Assembly (NCBI GenBank): GCA_016748015.1
Contig: JAAOMT010000328.1
Coordinates: forward strand, 760,955-824,954
Reading direction: 5' to 3'
Length of the DNA stretch: 64,000 nucleotides
Source of the DNA: Geosiphon pyriformis uo1
Taxonomy: Eukaryota; Fungi; Glomeromycota
Shown: positions 1-13,809 of the stretch, one piece after another
Numbering within the stretch: position 1 is the stretch's first letter
Layout: every line of letters starts with the position of its first letter
Translations under genes and position numbers: made by a program
The notes under the pieces: model-generated
Told to the model about the DNA's origin: nothing
Database searches by the model: none
What the model saw: only the letters and a program-made list of their open reading frames with translations

Positions 1-550
1 AGATTCGACAAACCATTGAAGGAGTGGAAAGAACGTGGAACCGGTGAAGTTCGCTTCTTGCAACATAAACAAACCAAAAAAATTCGCTTGTTGATGCGAC
101 GTGATAAAACTCACAAAGTCTGCGCCAATCACTACAGTAAATATGACTTTTTTTTTACACCAACTTCTTAATATATTAATTAGTATTGTGGTTTAATCTG
201 ACCTGATTTTTGTTTATAGTTACGCCTGAGATGCAACTCTCCCCTAATGTCGGATCTGATCGTTCCTGGGTGTGGAATGTAACCGCGGATGTGTCGGATG
301 GTGAGCCGAAAGCCGAAACTTTAGCCATCCGTTTTGCTAACACTGAGAGTGAGTTCACTGTAAATTACTTCCTTCAGCCAACATTATCATCCAGTCTAAT
401 CTTTTTACATTGAACCGATCAGATGCAAATCTCTTCAAAGAGAAGTTCGCCGAAATTCAAAAATTAAACGTGGAACGTTCAAAGAAAAATGAGGATAGAG
501 GCAATGAGGAACCAGAAGAAACACCGGAAGTCGAGAAGAAATCGCAATGA
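1..550 (+). CDS. YRB1: Ran-binding protein 1 (RanBP1/Yrb1), 3' part; exons ~<1-137, 221-348, 423-550
   Basis: Spliced translation [36 protein letters not shown]|[25 protein letters not shown] is the RanBD signature; GT-AG introns; stop at 548-550. Confidence 0.95.
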
Positions 551-905
551 GATAGTTTTGGTTCTATTCTTTACCCCTGGGTTACTGATTGTATTTGCTT
601 TTACCCTAAGTCTCTATATTTATCCTCACCTACTTTTTTTTATTAGAAGCCAATGATTTCGCAGTTTGTAAATTGGGACCTTCTATATTCTAATTTTAGT
701 TCATTTAAAAGTGTGCTTATATGTGATAAGTCATTAAAATAGTTCTGACACCAAATCTCATTTTATTTTCTCTGGTTTATATTGATCCTAACTAATTCAG
801 GCGGAATAGTAATTTCCACCGATTTCTAGACTGAATCAGGCCAATGGAACCTGGACACTAACCACTAAAGACTATGATAAATAAGTAGGCTTCGAGAAAA
901 TTTAT

Positions 906-2067
906 CTAGACATTCTTTCGAAAGACTTGATCCCATTTATGAGCAATATAATCCCCAAAAGATTTACTGCCAAGGTCGCACATCGTGTCTGCATTTGGCG
1001 TTTGACGTATTGGTTTGTTGGCAACCTGGTCACCATCCATCGTCAATGTTTGATTTTGGAAAATACTCAAATCACGTAATTCGCTATCATCACTAAGGGT
1101 GTTTTGAACAAACGGAATATGAGAATCATATTTTGGATAATAAAAAAAAACCATCGAATATCTTTCGTTAATTCCATCACTTATAACCCGATGCAATGGA
1201 GACTTGTAGAGCCCACGAGTCAAAAGAGAAAGATAGTCGCCACAATTTACGACTATGTGGCCTGGCTTGCTAGGCACATCACGCCACTCGTTATCATAAA
1301 AAAGCTGAAGACCCGTAATTTTGTCAGGTTGCAGCAAAAGGGTCAGAAAGCCCCAATCTAATTGTTATTTTCAGGTCAATTCTATGGCTTAATTTCTGTG
1401 ATCTGTATTATGGGAATTTGATTGCAAACCAACCTGTATGAGGGGAACTTCCAATAAACTCTGGTTTTGATTCATTTGAATATGGGAAGTAGCGGAAAAA
1501 TCTCATCAATGAAATATTCTCACCCCCGACACAATACTTCTGTAATTCTATTTGTAGCGCCAACTCTAAACCTTTTACCAACAGTTCAGCTAAAGAAACC
1601 ATTTCTGAAAAGAATTTATTTAAGCTTTTTCGCCACTCAGTCCCAAGAGATTCTTCCAACTTTCCCCATTCATTTGGGCCTTCTAAGGGATTTGAAGGTA
1701 TCATGAGTGGGTCCCACTCATAACCATAGGAAAAGGCTTCCTTGAACTCAAAACGATAAGAGCCAGATTCAGCGCCTACACCTATGTATCCACGAGTGAA
1801 GCCACCGGATTTTACGGGTATACTACACTTGATAGAATCTGATAAGTTGAAGAACTCTCGCGCACGCTTTAGAATGTTTAGCTCTGCTTCACGATCGAAG
1901 AAAGAAGTGATATAGAAAGCACCATATTGCGTACAGGCGCTATGAATTTGAGCTGCAAGTTCCGAAAGCAAATATGAATCAGGTTGTCCCACAAATAACA
2001 AGGGAGAAACGTTCACGACTGGAAGGTCAATGAAGTTAGGTTCTAAAGAGCTCCCCAAAGACTCCAT
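906..2067 (-). CDS. 2-oxoglutarate/Fe(II)-dependent dioxygenase (IPNS/ACC-oxidase-like family), 2 exons
   Basis: DIOX_N-type start (LPVVNVSPL..ACTQYGAFYI..RGY); HxD motif split by the intron (SPHT|DWGFLTLL); VNCGDYL, distal His in SPLHRV, RYS 2OG-binding motif. Confidence 0.9.
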
Positions 2068-2459
2068 TAATAGTTAGGGTTCTTACTTTTATGGCATCTT
2101 TTTTTAGGATTCCTTGTACAAGAAATGTATGATGTCATTTATTCAAAAATTAAATTTTATGTTGTGAAACAGTATAATTAAAGATAAACATGAGTCATTG
2201 ATAATTAATATATATTTGCAAAAATATGTTAACACAATTTAAATTTAAATAAACTTATTTAAATTTTTTTACCAGTTTAATAAATTATAACTTTATAATG
2301 CTTTAATTATTTATAAAAAAAAACAATATTTTATGATAAATACATTATCAAAGTTAAATACTCAAAGAACTAAGATTTTTTAATAGCAAAATACCTATAC
2401 CATATTTCTGAAATATATGTGGAATTACACAAAAACGCTAACAATGATCAAATATGGGA

Positions 2460-2775
2460 TTGTAAGATTGTAATGAAGTTTGCCGGAAATATTTATCAAC
2501 AAATTCCATTCAATGAGTCGCGTGGACTAAATGAAATTCATTCTGCTGGTATGGTTCAATGTACGATATTATGAAAGATACAGTCGACATTAGATACCTG
2601 CATTGTGTTAACCTACAAATAATAAAGCAACGGGAAAGAAAAAGAAATATATGGAGTAATTTCATATATTTCTTAAGAGAAAAAGTTCACAACAGCTGGC
2701 GATATTTATAGTTACGGGATGATATCATGGGAATTCATAATTGGGATTTCAACTCTGAGAATCGTCCTATTGCTT
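2460..2775 (+). pseudogene. Degenerate tyrosine-kinase-like protein kinase fragment
   Basis: Broken pieces translate as GLNEIHSAGMV, KEIYGVISYI and KFTTAGDIYSYGMISWEF (kinase subdomains VI, VIII, IX) with frameshifts and deletions. Confidence 0.65.
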
Positions 2776-3022
2776 GAAAAGTTGAAGTCTGTTTAACCTT
2801 CTAAATTTGTATAAGAATGAGTCTTTTAATGAGAGTATAAAGTTTTTAGGATCAGAAAAATATACATAAAAAAAATTGCGGAAGGTGACAAAAAACTCCG
2901 ACAATAATTCGTTTTTTAATTTAATTTATTTTTTAAAAAAACGTGACCATTAGATTGTCAACAGAAAATTAAATCAAAATCACATGATTATCGAGTTTAG
3001 ACTTTCTCGCACCGCAAAAAAC

Positions 3023-4235
3023 ATGACTTCCCAGCCATTGCAAGAGCCTTTGCCCCGCGACGCCAAACTCATTTCACTTCTGTTACAAAATGCCGGTGTA
3101 GAAGACTACGAGCCAAAAGTGGTTCAACAATTATTGGAGTTTGCGCATAGTACGTGGTAATCTTCTCCTGCAAAGTAAATTTTTGGCTTCAATGTGGCTT
3201 TATTTAAAATTTACTTTAAAAAAAATCAAAAATAGGATACTCGGTAGACGTGTTACAAGATTCTTTAATATATTCAGAACATGCTGGGCGAATAAATGAT
3301 ATTGATATAGATGACGTAAAGTTGGCTATCCAAGGCCGTGTCAACCACTCTTTTACTTCACCACCACCAAAAGAGGTATTTAATAACGTTATTCTAACTT
3401 TTAGAATTAATTTCAATTGATTTTTTGGTAGAAAATTATACCTTAGAATTTATCAGTAAAAAATAGTATTGATTAAAATTGCTTCTGTTCATTTGAAATC
3501 TTTATTATTTGAAGATAAGAGAAATTAATTTATTATTTCCAAGGCTATTGAAATATGATCTCTATATTCTGTGGAATACCTGCGAGAGATTCTCTGATCC
3601 GAGATTTGGCACCTTATTAAATTACAGTTTCTAGCTGAACTTGCCAAAGAAAAAAATAAAGAGAAATTACCCGAAGTTGAAGAAAAATATGGTTTAAGAT
3701 TACCGCCTGAACATTATTGTCTTACAGCCGTTAATTTTCAATTAATTCCAGAGGTAAGAAGAGTGATTTGATTTAATGTTTAAAGTGCTTTTAACTAATC
3801 ATTAGCTGATAATTGATGCACATATGCGCGTGGTAGGGACGCCAAGAATTAGAACATCAATCATTAGGCCCTGTAGATGATCCTACACCCCCATCGGCTA
3901 GCACTACCACCACTCAAACGCCTTACTCAACAAATTATCCAATATACGATGAAGAGGATCCAATAGAATATCAAGAAGTTTTGAATGGTGAGGAAGAGGA
4001 GGACGAGGAGGATGATGATGATAATGTCCTTGCTACATTTCCGATACATACTATTTCGGTTTTACCGGAACAAGGGGACCGAAATGATGATCTGTTTTCA
4101 GCTGAGGAAGATGTAGTGGATTATGATATGCCGGAGGCTGACTCAAATACCCATAGTACTGTTACAAGCCCTCCAACTGTAGGTACTGAAGGTTGGAAAA
4201 GGCCACGACAAGAAGATGATGATTATGATGACTGA
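3023..4235 (+). CDS. TAF9: TFIID/SAGA subunit TAF9, 4 exons, acidic C-terminal tail
   Basis: [26 protein letters not shown]|[16 protein letters not shown]|[26 protein letters not shown] matches the TAF9 histone fold and CRD. Confidence 0.95.
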
Positions 4236-5120
4236 AGAGGTGTGTATTCATATCGAATTTTTACTTTGACAAAAATGGTTGGATATGATTGAGATTTTAA
4301 ACTTATAATAGATTCAATTGTATATTGTTGATTCCATTAAAGGTTGATGAATATGGAACATCATCGTCTCATGAGTCCGAAAAGCAAGGTTGAGATTTCA
4401 ATCATTTGTCAAAATCTGTTTTTAATTAACCTGAAAAGGCTCACTGATTTTATAACACATCACAAGATTAATTTTATATCTCCATCACCCAGTGAACATG
4501 GAGCATATACGATCAAACCTCGTGTCTTTATTATTACATATATATTTTGGTAATAAGTGTGACAATCCTTGTGCGGCATATGCCGCCGAAATTCATGAAA
4601 TGTGATGAAGTGGGACATTTAGTAAAAGCTTTTAAGAGCCAATGGAACAATCCCAAGAAAATGGTTAACAAGTACGATGGCATCAGTAAGCACATAACTT
4701 TCAATTTCTTCATATAAATAATAAGCAAACTGGATTAGTATAATGATATCGGGCTTGGTGAAATCAACAGTTTTCGGTCCCAAGATATCTATAGCATGAC
4801 ATGTTATGAATAAATTGAGGAAAATAATTACGCCCTTTGAATATTTAAGCCTATAAATACCTTGATTTTGATTTTTTTGTAAGCCAAAATTGTGCCACAA
4901 CGGGATAAGTTTGTAGTTTAGAGCGATCTTCGTCGTCTCATGAGAAACGCGGCTGTTTTTGAAGTTCGATGAAACATTGAGCAAAAAAAACATTTATTAA
5001 GCAGAATGCCCCGAATTATTATGGTCAAATGTATAAAACAACATTTAAACGAAAGGCCATGACCGTATATTTTACAAATATATTTAGAGTGTAACATAGT
5101 TAATGGTGTAATTTTTGATG

Positions 5121-6970
5121 TCATACCTTCAACGGGAGGACGGATTTTATCGTGGACGTGGGTATTCTTCGCATTGAATGTATCAACCACAGAGCGATAG
5201 TAAGTAGTGTCAAGCTTCCAGCTTGATGTGCTGATGCTAATGGGATGGGTACCATATATATCAATGTACTAATCCCCAATGTCGCTTGCATGCTTACAGC
5301 ACCAAGTAGATAATTACTAGCGCGACGAGCATTGGCCGTAATCGGAACACGACGAGAGTAAAACCATAAAGCCGTAATGGCCCCTAAAGTAGTCATGGCC
5401 TAAAAATGACGAAAATTAGACTTTATCGTACAAAATAATAAATGAATGGGAACTTACCAAGACACGATGATTGAATTGAACAGTAGTGGGGTTATCAAAA
5501 AGATTTCTCCATGGGGCTATATCCCCATCATGAACATAATTCTTTGAAAAAAGTTCATCTTTTGGAGGAATAATGTGGTGACCCATGAAAGGAAATTCGT
5601 TGTAAATCAAACCAGCATCTAAACCAGCTACTAGGGCGCCTTAAAATTCAAAGGTGATGTTAAAATTGATATATCACTTGAAAATTAATGAGGCTTTCCA
5701 CTCACCAGAAAGAGTTGTTAAGAAAATTAATGCCGCCGTGGCAATAGCAGAACCACGAAAGCGCTTGAGAGCAGGATTGATCAACGTAGTGGTAATAGAC
5801 TTGGTTACAGGATTTTTTCATGATTTATAACGAATAAGTGAATAAGGAGCAATTAATTTAAATACAAAAAATATCATTTTCCAACCTCACCCTCACCCTC
5901 ACCCTCACCATTGGAAAAGTTCCTTTGCCAATTTTTGCATCTCTCAAAATTTGTAAGCCAGTCAATAGCATCCCAGTATATAGAAGAAAAGCGCTGGCTA
6001 AATGAGCAGCCAATCGATAATGACTGACGCGTGGAACAGCTCCAGGAGTTGATAAAAGCTCTTCAGATAGCCCAGACTTCACCATATACCAACCCAAAAA
6101 TCCCTAGCGATTTCAAGAAAAATGATTCAATCATGAAATCACAAATGAGCTTTCAAAGGATTATCTTGTTACCTGAAATCCTAAAAGCCCAGCCAATCCA
6201 ATAACTTTATAAATGGTTGACTTGGTCATATATCCTCGAATTCCAAAATAAGCAGCGGGCAAAACAAAAGACAATCCTATAGCGCGTCCCCATACACGAT
6301 GCGCCCACTCCATGAAGTAAATGAATTTGAAATCAGATATTGACATTTCAGAGTTGAGTCTATATCAAAGATCTTGTAAGATTGGGTAGGGGGATTTAGC
6401 ATTTTTTTTTCTCATGATAGATTGGTAAATTAAAAGGGCATACTTTTTATATTCTGGAAATTGTTTGTACTTTTGAAATTCCTCTAACCATTGACTTTGA
6501 CTGATGGGTAAAAATATTCCAGTGATAGGTTTCCATTCAACAATGGATAAACCACTTTCTGTTAGTCTTGTAAGGCCACCTAACACAACGATACCAAATA
6601 CTAATGCTGCTGTTCCAAGCAACCAGTAGCCAACGATTGGCTTAGTATAAGAGACGGAAGGAGCTTCCACTGGCCTTTCAAAGCGGTATAAAGACCGAAG
6701 AAAGAATTTGGGTTCGGAAGAAAGAAAATTTAACTTTTTTTTTGTGTAAGTCTGGAATAGACCAAGGTAATTTTTTTTTTCTTTAAAAAAGATCCCGGTT
6801 TGAGGGCGTCGGGTGAAGTATGAAATAGGTTTGTTTTGAAACCAATTCAATCTTGGGAAACTGCTCAGCACCTTATTTTGCCGAAAGATGGTAGAGACAG
6901 TTTTACAGGAAGAACACGGACGTCTCGGGATATAGAAGAGATCAGTACCTATTACACGAAGTGGGAACAT
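5121..6970 (-). CDS. COX15: Heme A synthase COX15, multi-exon, with mitochondrial presequence
   Basis: [67 protein letters not shown]; start placed at the ATG at 6970. Confidence 0.95.
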
Positions 6971-7127
6971 CTTCCAAAGGCTATTATTAAGATAAAAAGT
7001 AATATCTTTCAATTTCATGAGATAATATATAATTTTTATGATCTGCAATCATGATATTTGGGAGGATCCATCCAAGTTTCTTCATCTTGTCACTTTGAAT
7101 TTATGATTTTCTGAACGCTCACGCACG

Positions 7128-7891
7128 ATGTCTCAAAATCTCATCGAATCACCTTACGGATTAACGTTTATAGAGATCGCAAAAGCTTTGGGAAATTCAG
7201 CAACAGTTCATCTTAAAAGCGGACGAAAAATTGATGGATATCTTTATAACATTGATCCAACAACTTTTACAATCTTGTTGTTGAAGGTTTTTAATTGGGT
7301 TCCATTTTTATCAATTTTAACACTGTAGGAAATTATTAGAAACTTTGAAAAAAATAGGGAGAATTTTCGGAAAGCAAAAATCCCAATGAATTCAAAATCT
7401 TTGCAATCATGAATCATGCTATAGACAAATTACAAGGTTTCAAAAAAGAAAAAAGTTTCTTGTGTTTCTTTTTAAAGCGAAACAGGGATTAAATCTTTTC
7501 GATTATATTCTATAGTAAAATCCACAGAAGATTCTATTCAGAAAGAAACTTTGGACTCCCTCATCAACACTAGGATAGAAGAGTTTGCCGTTGATTCGGA
7601 GGAAATGCAACAACGTAAAAAGAGCGTAATTAGCTTATTTGAATCGGTAAGGAAAATGGGAGAAGGTTTGAATTTTATTATCGAAATTTTTAAGGATTCA
7701 CTTTGGACTTTTGCTTTCCTCAGAATAGGATACCAGTGAAATACAGCTTGAAAGATCCAACGCTTCACATAATGGAAAGAGCACATATCAATCCTCCATA
7801 TGTATCAGATTCGATTAGCTGTGATAACGAAATCATTTTGAAAAGGGTCAAGGAAATGATTTCACAAATTCCGTTTAGCTCGTCAACTTGA
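7128..7891 (+). CDS. GEMIN6: Gemin6-like Sm-fold protein (SMN complex subunit), 4 exons
   Basis: Sm-like N-terminus (GYLYNIDP) plus C-terminal RKKSV..NRIPV..INPPY..SCDNEIILKRVKEMI, matching the Gemin6 C-terminal pattern as I recall it (N.IP..I.PPY..NEIIL.RV). Confidence 0.8.
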
Positions 7892-8524
7892 TTTTAGTTT
7901 CAAAAGGTTAAAGAAGGTTCGTAAGTATAAAATATGTAGTGGTCAAGTTGGAGACACATCAAAGGGGAAGAGAAAAATATCTCTTTTTGACGTGCACTAT
8001 GCACCCACAAAGGTTTTATATGTCAGAGATCTCACTGGCATTCAAAGTTAGTTGGGCAAAACGCCCAAAAAAAATTTGTGCTTAGCATATTTTAGAAGGC
8101 TCTCGAGATAAAAGCTCTTCGAAAGCTAAGCAGCCTAATAAGATGGAGTTAATGACAAGTAAATGAGAATATTTTCAAATGGTTGATTTCTTTTTATTTG
8201 GATCAGTCACATTTTTTTTTTGTTCCCTAATTAGTGTTGCGGCTTTTCTGGCTTTTTTTAATTATCACAATTTTTTTATTTGGCAAATTCAGCTAGAAAC
8301 TGTAATCTTTCGCAGATATTCAATAGAATATAGAGAACATATTTCAATAGCCTTTCGGAAATTAAGAATAAAATTAATTTCTCACATCTTTTAAATAATA
8401 AAGATTGCAACTAAAACAGAAGCAATCATTCTATAAGTTTAGATGGTTGATAAGATATTAAATAATCAGCTTTTTACTTGAATCTTGGAAAATTTGAACA
8501 GTTATTTTTTTATTTATCATTAAA

Positions 8525-8568
<44 letters not shown>
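8525..8568. repeat. (TAT)n microsatellite
   Basis: Visible trinucleotide run. Confidence 0.9.
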
Positions 8569-8569
<1 letters not shown>

Positions 8570-9700
8570 AAGTATTTATTAATAATTAATCATATTTGGT
8601 TCAAAGTTTATAGATTTTTACTTATACAGTATTTTCAACATTTATATAAAATTTATAATCAAACAATTTGTTTAATCTTTAATAGATGATGATAAGATTA
8701 CTAATCAAGATTGATCATGATGATAATATAATAATAATAATAATAATAATAAAAATAAAAGTAATATGATTTACAGACTCCTAACATGTGAAAAAAACGA
8801 TCGCCATTTTCTGACGTAAGTATTTCTTCATATTCTCGCATGAATCCGACGAAATGATCCACAACGTGAGTAAAAAAGAGCAACAAACAAAAAAAAAAAA
8901 AGAGAAATCTCGGAGGGAGTGATTAGAAATTTACATTTAGATTATTGGAAGGGATCATCATAAGAACTGGTTTTAATTCCTAAATCAAATTTATTACAAC
9001 AACAACAACAACAAATTCGGCAAAGATAAAATTTGGTTACACTACCAACTATAAATTGAAATCGATAATTTTTTTTGTTGTGTATTACACTTAAAGGAAG
9101 CTGACTTGTCAGTAAAAATTTAATTTTTCTTCTTCATGTGGGCGTAATAGAAAAACTTTATATATTATTTGGGCACGTTGAAAGAATTGGCTATCATAAA
9201 AAAGTATTGGAACTCTTTTTGGCTTAAATTTCTATGACTCAAAAAAAAACATTCTTTTAAAAATGAAAATGAGATTGTCTTTTGAATTAACAATGAACAT
9301 TGTATTAAACCTGATTAATCATACAATATTGCTTTTAATGAGGTTTAAATCACCCAACAATGATTCATGTTACTCAATGAACTAACTTTGGTGTGGTCTA
9401 GAAACAGGTAAAAAAAATTTGGTATCACCTAGGAAACCGAAAAGTACAGATGCACGTTAAAAAGATAATCCTCACACGCTGTTCACAAATGGTTGGTTCT
9501 GTAAATGTCATTAAATTTTTTAGCAATTTTTAGCATTTTACAAAAAGTTTAATCACTGACATCATGTTCAACATACTTACTTGCCATTTCTAGTAAGGGG
9601 AACTTCTTGGGCTGATTTAAACATTCCATGATCACTTGTATTTATCAAATATCTATAGCAGGATGGTTTCTAAAAGATTTCTTTGAAAATTTGTGGCCCT

Positions 9701-9710
9701 AGAGAAAGAA

Positions 9711-9778
<68 letters not shown>

Positions 9779-9811
9779 AGGAAGGAGGGAAGGAGGGAAG
9801 GAAAAAAAAAA
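9701..9811. repeat. (AAAG)n/(GGAA) microsatellite forming a pure-purine tract of ~110 nt
   Basis: Visible; no pyrimidine on the + strand in this span. Confidence 0.95.
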
Positions 9812-10263
9812 TTTTTTTTCCTTTCCTCGAATTTTTTGTGAAAAAAGCTGAAAAATAATTTCGCAACACCTGATGATTGATGGCAACGTGTAAACAATAT
9901 CATGGGAAAGTGTGCAAATTTTTGTGGGAGACACCACAGAAAATATGCACAGAAAGCAGATTTCAGAGTAATCCGTATTTTTAGCATTTAAAAAGGAGAA
10001 AAAAAAAACACCAACCAATTCTATTATTTTGGTCAAGTAACCATTTTCTCAGTTATTAACACGCATTTTTTTTTCCATAAACCAACCAATTAACTTCGTC
10101 ATCTTTTTACTCCAATAGTATAGACGCAATGTTGTCTGTATTACTTGTAAAAAGGTAAAATGCGGGAATGAAAATGTTTGGTGCGTTCACTATAAAAATA
10201 TTTTTAATATTCCTGTCACATTGTCTCTGATACCTTATTAATAATAGCATTAGTATTAGTGGT

Positions 10264-10298
<35 letters not shown>

Positions 10299-10350
10299 AT
10301 AGTAGTAATAGTAATAATAGTAGTAGTAGCAATAGTAGTAATAGTACTAG
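10264..10350. repeat. (TAG)n/(TAA) imperfect microsatellite
   Basis: Visible. Confidence 0.9.
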
Positions 10351-10784
10351 TAACTCTTAGATTCAATAGAGATTAATGTAGCAATTCTTTAGATGTAATA
10401 GAGATTGAAAAAAAAAAAAAAACCAAAAATCTTTTTCGATTTATGCAAGCCCTACCGAACCATGTTCCCAAATGTGTGATTTATTAATGATTGGTGAATA
10501 AAAAGGCACCCCTTCATTCGTTCAAAATTTTCAGTGAACTTGTAACCCTAGCCCAATTGATATTGATCCTATTTTGATTTTTTTTGCTTGATCCCCTCAT
10601 AACCCCCTTTCCCTTTTTAAAAACCTCACTTGATCATATTTTTCAAAAAGTTATCTTTCCTTCCACTTTAACCACTCTTTTTTTCTTTCAAAAATTCAAA
10701 TAATCTCCTCTTAAACTCTTTACCTCCAATAGGTAATCTTTCTTCAAAAAATATTATTTACATCAACTTTAATCTTCTTCAAAA

Positions 10785-12696
10785 ATGAGAGAAATTATTC
10801 ACTTGCAAACTGGTATGTACTTGTTATAGTGCTTTACTTTACTGTTTTTTACGCGCTTTTTTTCCTTTCACCCTTACTAACAAAACTATTAATTTGCCTT
10901 TTGTTTTTTTAATAACCCCCTGATCCTCAGGACAATGCGGTAATCAGGTAAACTATTCAAAAACAATCGAGATGTGTTAGTGGGAGAACCTTTCAGACTT
11001 TATCAAAAACTACGTGTTAAAAGACGCGTCTTATTTTGCTTTTGCTTCCGAGCTCATCTTGGGTTTATTACCCTTTTCTTTGCTCACGTTGATCTCTCTT
11101 TACTTTTCCATAGATTGGTCAAAAGTTCTGGGAGACCATCTCCGCGGAACACGGTCTAGACCCAAACGGTTCTTATGTAGGTGATAGTGATTTACAGTTA
11201 GAACGTATCAACGTTTATTACACTGAGGCGATGGGTGGCAAATATGTACCAAGGTAAGAAGAGATATTTGTCGATTTTCTTGTACAATTTCTTTCCATAT
11301 CATAATTCTCTTGTATCCGAAATTTATCAATCGATCGGAATTTTTTTCAGGGCCATTTTAATAGATCTCGAACCTGTCACCATGGACTCAATCAGATCCA
11401 GTCCATATGGAGGACTCTTTAGACCTGATAATTTCGTATTTGGCCAATCTGGTGCAGGTAACAATTGGGCCAAAGGTTACTACACAGAAGGTGCCGAACT
11501 CGTTGATTCCATCCTTGATGTCCTAAGGAAAGAAGCCGAAGCTGCTGACTGCCTTCAAGGGTTTCAAGTAACTCATTCTCTAGGTGGTGGTACCGGTTCC
11601 GGTCTAGGTTCCTTGCTCTTATCAAAGATCCGTGAAGAATATCCGGATCGTATGCTATGCACATTTTCCGTGGTTCCTTCACCAAAGGTTTCCGATACTG
11701 TCGTAGAACCATACAATGCTGTATTATCGGTTCATCAATTAGTCGAAAACAGCGATGAAACCTTCTGCATTGACAACGAGGCCTTGTACGACATTTGCTT
11801 CCGCACATTAAAATTAACCAATCCTACATATGGCGACTTGAATCATTTGGTTTCGGCTGTGATGAGTGGTATTACAACATGTTTGAGATTCCCTGGTCAA
11901 CTAAATAGTGACTTGAGAAAATTGGCTGTTAACATGGGTATGTTGTTTTATATTCATTTTTTGAAGCTTTCATCAATCTCTCTCTCTCTTCAACCTTGAA
12001 CTTATTGAGTGCAATTATTGAAATTTTCAAATAGTTCCTTTTCCTCGTCTCCACTTTTTCATGGTTGGTTTCGCACCATTGACCGCACGTGGATCACAAT
12101 CATTCCGTGCACTCACAGTTGCTGAACTGACAACACAAATGTTTGACGCACGTAATATGATGGCTGCATCAGATCCACGACATGGTCGTTACCTTACCGT
12201 AGCCACAATCTTTCGTGGAAAACTCTCAACTAAAGAAGTGGAACAACAGATGCATACCATCCAAACGAAAAATTCTTCCTACTTTGTCGAATGGATCCCG
12301 TCCAATGTCAAAACCGCAGTGTGCGACATTCCTCCTATTGGCCTCACGATGTCTGGTACTTTCCTCGGTAATAGCACCGCCATTCAAGAGCTCTTTAAAC
12401 GCATCAGCACACAATTCACCGCAATGTTTAGAAGAAAAGCTTTCTTGCATTGGTACACTGGTGAGGGAATGGATGAAATGGAATTCACAGAGGCCGAATC
12501 TAACATGAACGATCTTGTATCCGAATATCAACAATACCAGGATGCAGCTGGTAATTATCATTTTTCTTATTTTGAATTTCTTTTTTCCAAGCAAAACTCA
12601 TTAACCCTAAATCTTTTCCTTTCCTTTGAAGCCGAAGACGAGGGTGGGGATTACGAAGAAGCGGAGGACGAATACGTTGCTGAGGGCGAAGAATAA
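10785..12696 (+). CDS. TUB2: Beta-tubulin; exons ~10785-10812, 10931-10947 (17-nt micro-exon), 11114-11253, 11351-11937, 12035-12550, 12632-12696
   Basis: MREI start, [55 protein letters not shown], acidic tail; F167/E198/F200 positions are the unmutated type. Confidence 0.99.
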
Positions 12697-13314
12697 TAAA
12701 ATCTCCAAAAGTAGTTTGTCTACAAGTTATATATTGCATTTTATAAAATTTCTTGATTCTTTGCTTTTTTTAGAATATTCCTTAAAACATCATAAAATTC
12801 TCAGGTTATTTCTTCGTCTGTAATATAAATTTGCTGTTGCTCTCTTCCTTTCTTAATCTTCCTTCTATTTCTTTATTAATTTTTTTCCTCTTTGAGTCAA
12901 CCACCTCTTAATCACTGCAAAATAATTATTAGAAGATATGCTTCAGACAAGCAGAGAATTTGTATCGTAACCTCGCATCTATATCTTAATAATTTCTTGT
13001 GGAGGAACGAAAGAAATAACAATTTGAACATTTCCCCTTTTTCATCGGCGGTAGTTTGTATGATCAGCATTTGCAAAGTTTAGCCATTATTTTTTTTTAT
13101 GAGACACAATAAAGGGTGTTGTTATACATATAACCAGCGCAATCATTAAGATAAGGGAATTATCATAAATAAATAAAGATAATTCTATTTGGTGATATCC
13201 CAAGTGAAATTTACCAACCGCCCAGTTAAATTAGAGAAATTATGGGTTAAATTGATCAAGACAGAAACAGGGAAATAAGAATCCCCAATCACGTATTCTA
13301 TCTTTCCCTTCATT

Positions 13315-13629
13315 TCAATTCAAACGTTTGCTTTTATTTTGTCTTTTTCTCTCATCCTTCTTCCCGTTTGAATCTTTCGCAGCATCCTTTGTGTCTGTTT
13401 TCACAATGCTAAATTTCTTACCACCTCCGACCGCAGCAGCTTTTAATATCAATTTAGTTTCTATATCTTTATTGATGGCCGATGACAATTTCTTACGAAT
13501 GGCTTCTTGTTGAACGCGACCATGCTTTTTGGGCGCGATCACACGAGTCCCTTTCTTTAATACGGGTGGTGTGGATTTCTTGGAAGAGGTTGTGGAACGT
13601 GAAGGTTTTTTCAGGGTACCTTGGACCAT
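13315..13629 (-). CDS. UPF0390/DUF2462 small basic protein (C19orf53-like)
   Basis: MVQGTLK..KKG.RVIAPKK...KKLSSAINKDIE..L..KA pattern; single exon. Confidence 0.85.
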   Translation of the reverse strand: MVQGTLKKPSRSTTSSKKSTPPVLKKGTRVIAPKKHGRVQQEAIRKKLSSAINKDIETKLILKAAAVGGGKKFSIVKTDTKDAAKDSNGKKDERKRQNKSKRLN

Positions 13630-13809
13630 GTTTGATTGATGAAGTGATAGAATTTGAAATGTGAACAAGGTGAAATTAAACAAACCAATTCTATCCTATG
13701 AATCTTTTAAGAAATGATTTTGTTTTTGAATGGTATTTCAAAAGAGCAATAGAATAATTATAGCGTGTTTGATGACTGATTTCACGTGACTTTTTAAATA
13801 GATTGTGGA

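Noticed and set aside
906-2067. 2OG dioxygenase as part of a biosynthetic cluster or a horizontal transfer
   Set aside because: Neighbours are housekeeping genes, it has a normal intron, and nothing in the sequence supports foreign origin.
4300-5050. Short ORFs between TAF9 and COX15
   Set aside because: No recognisable motif or consistent exon chain; may be a decayed gene but I cannot support a call.
9653-10036. ORFs with (SFFL)n repeats
   Set aside because: Translations of the AAAG microsatellite.
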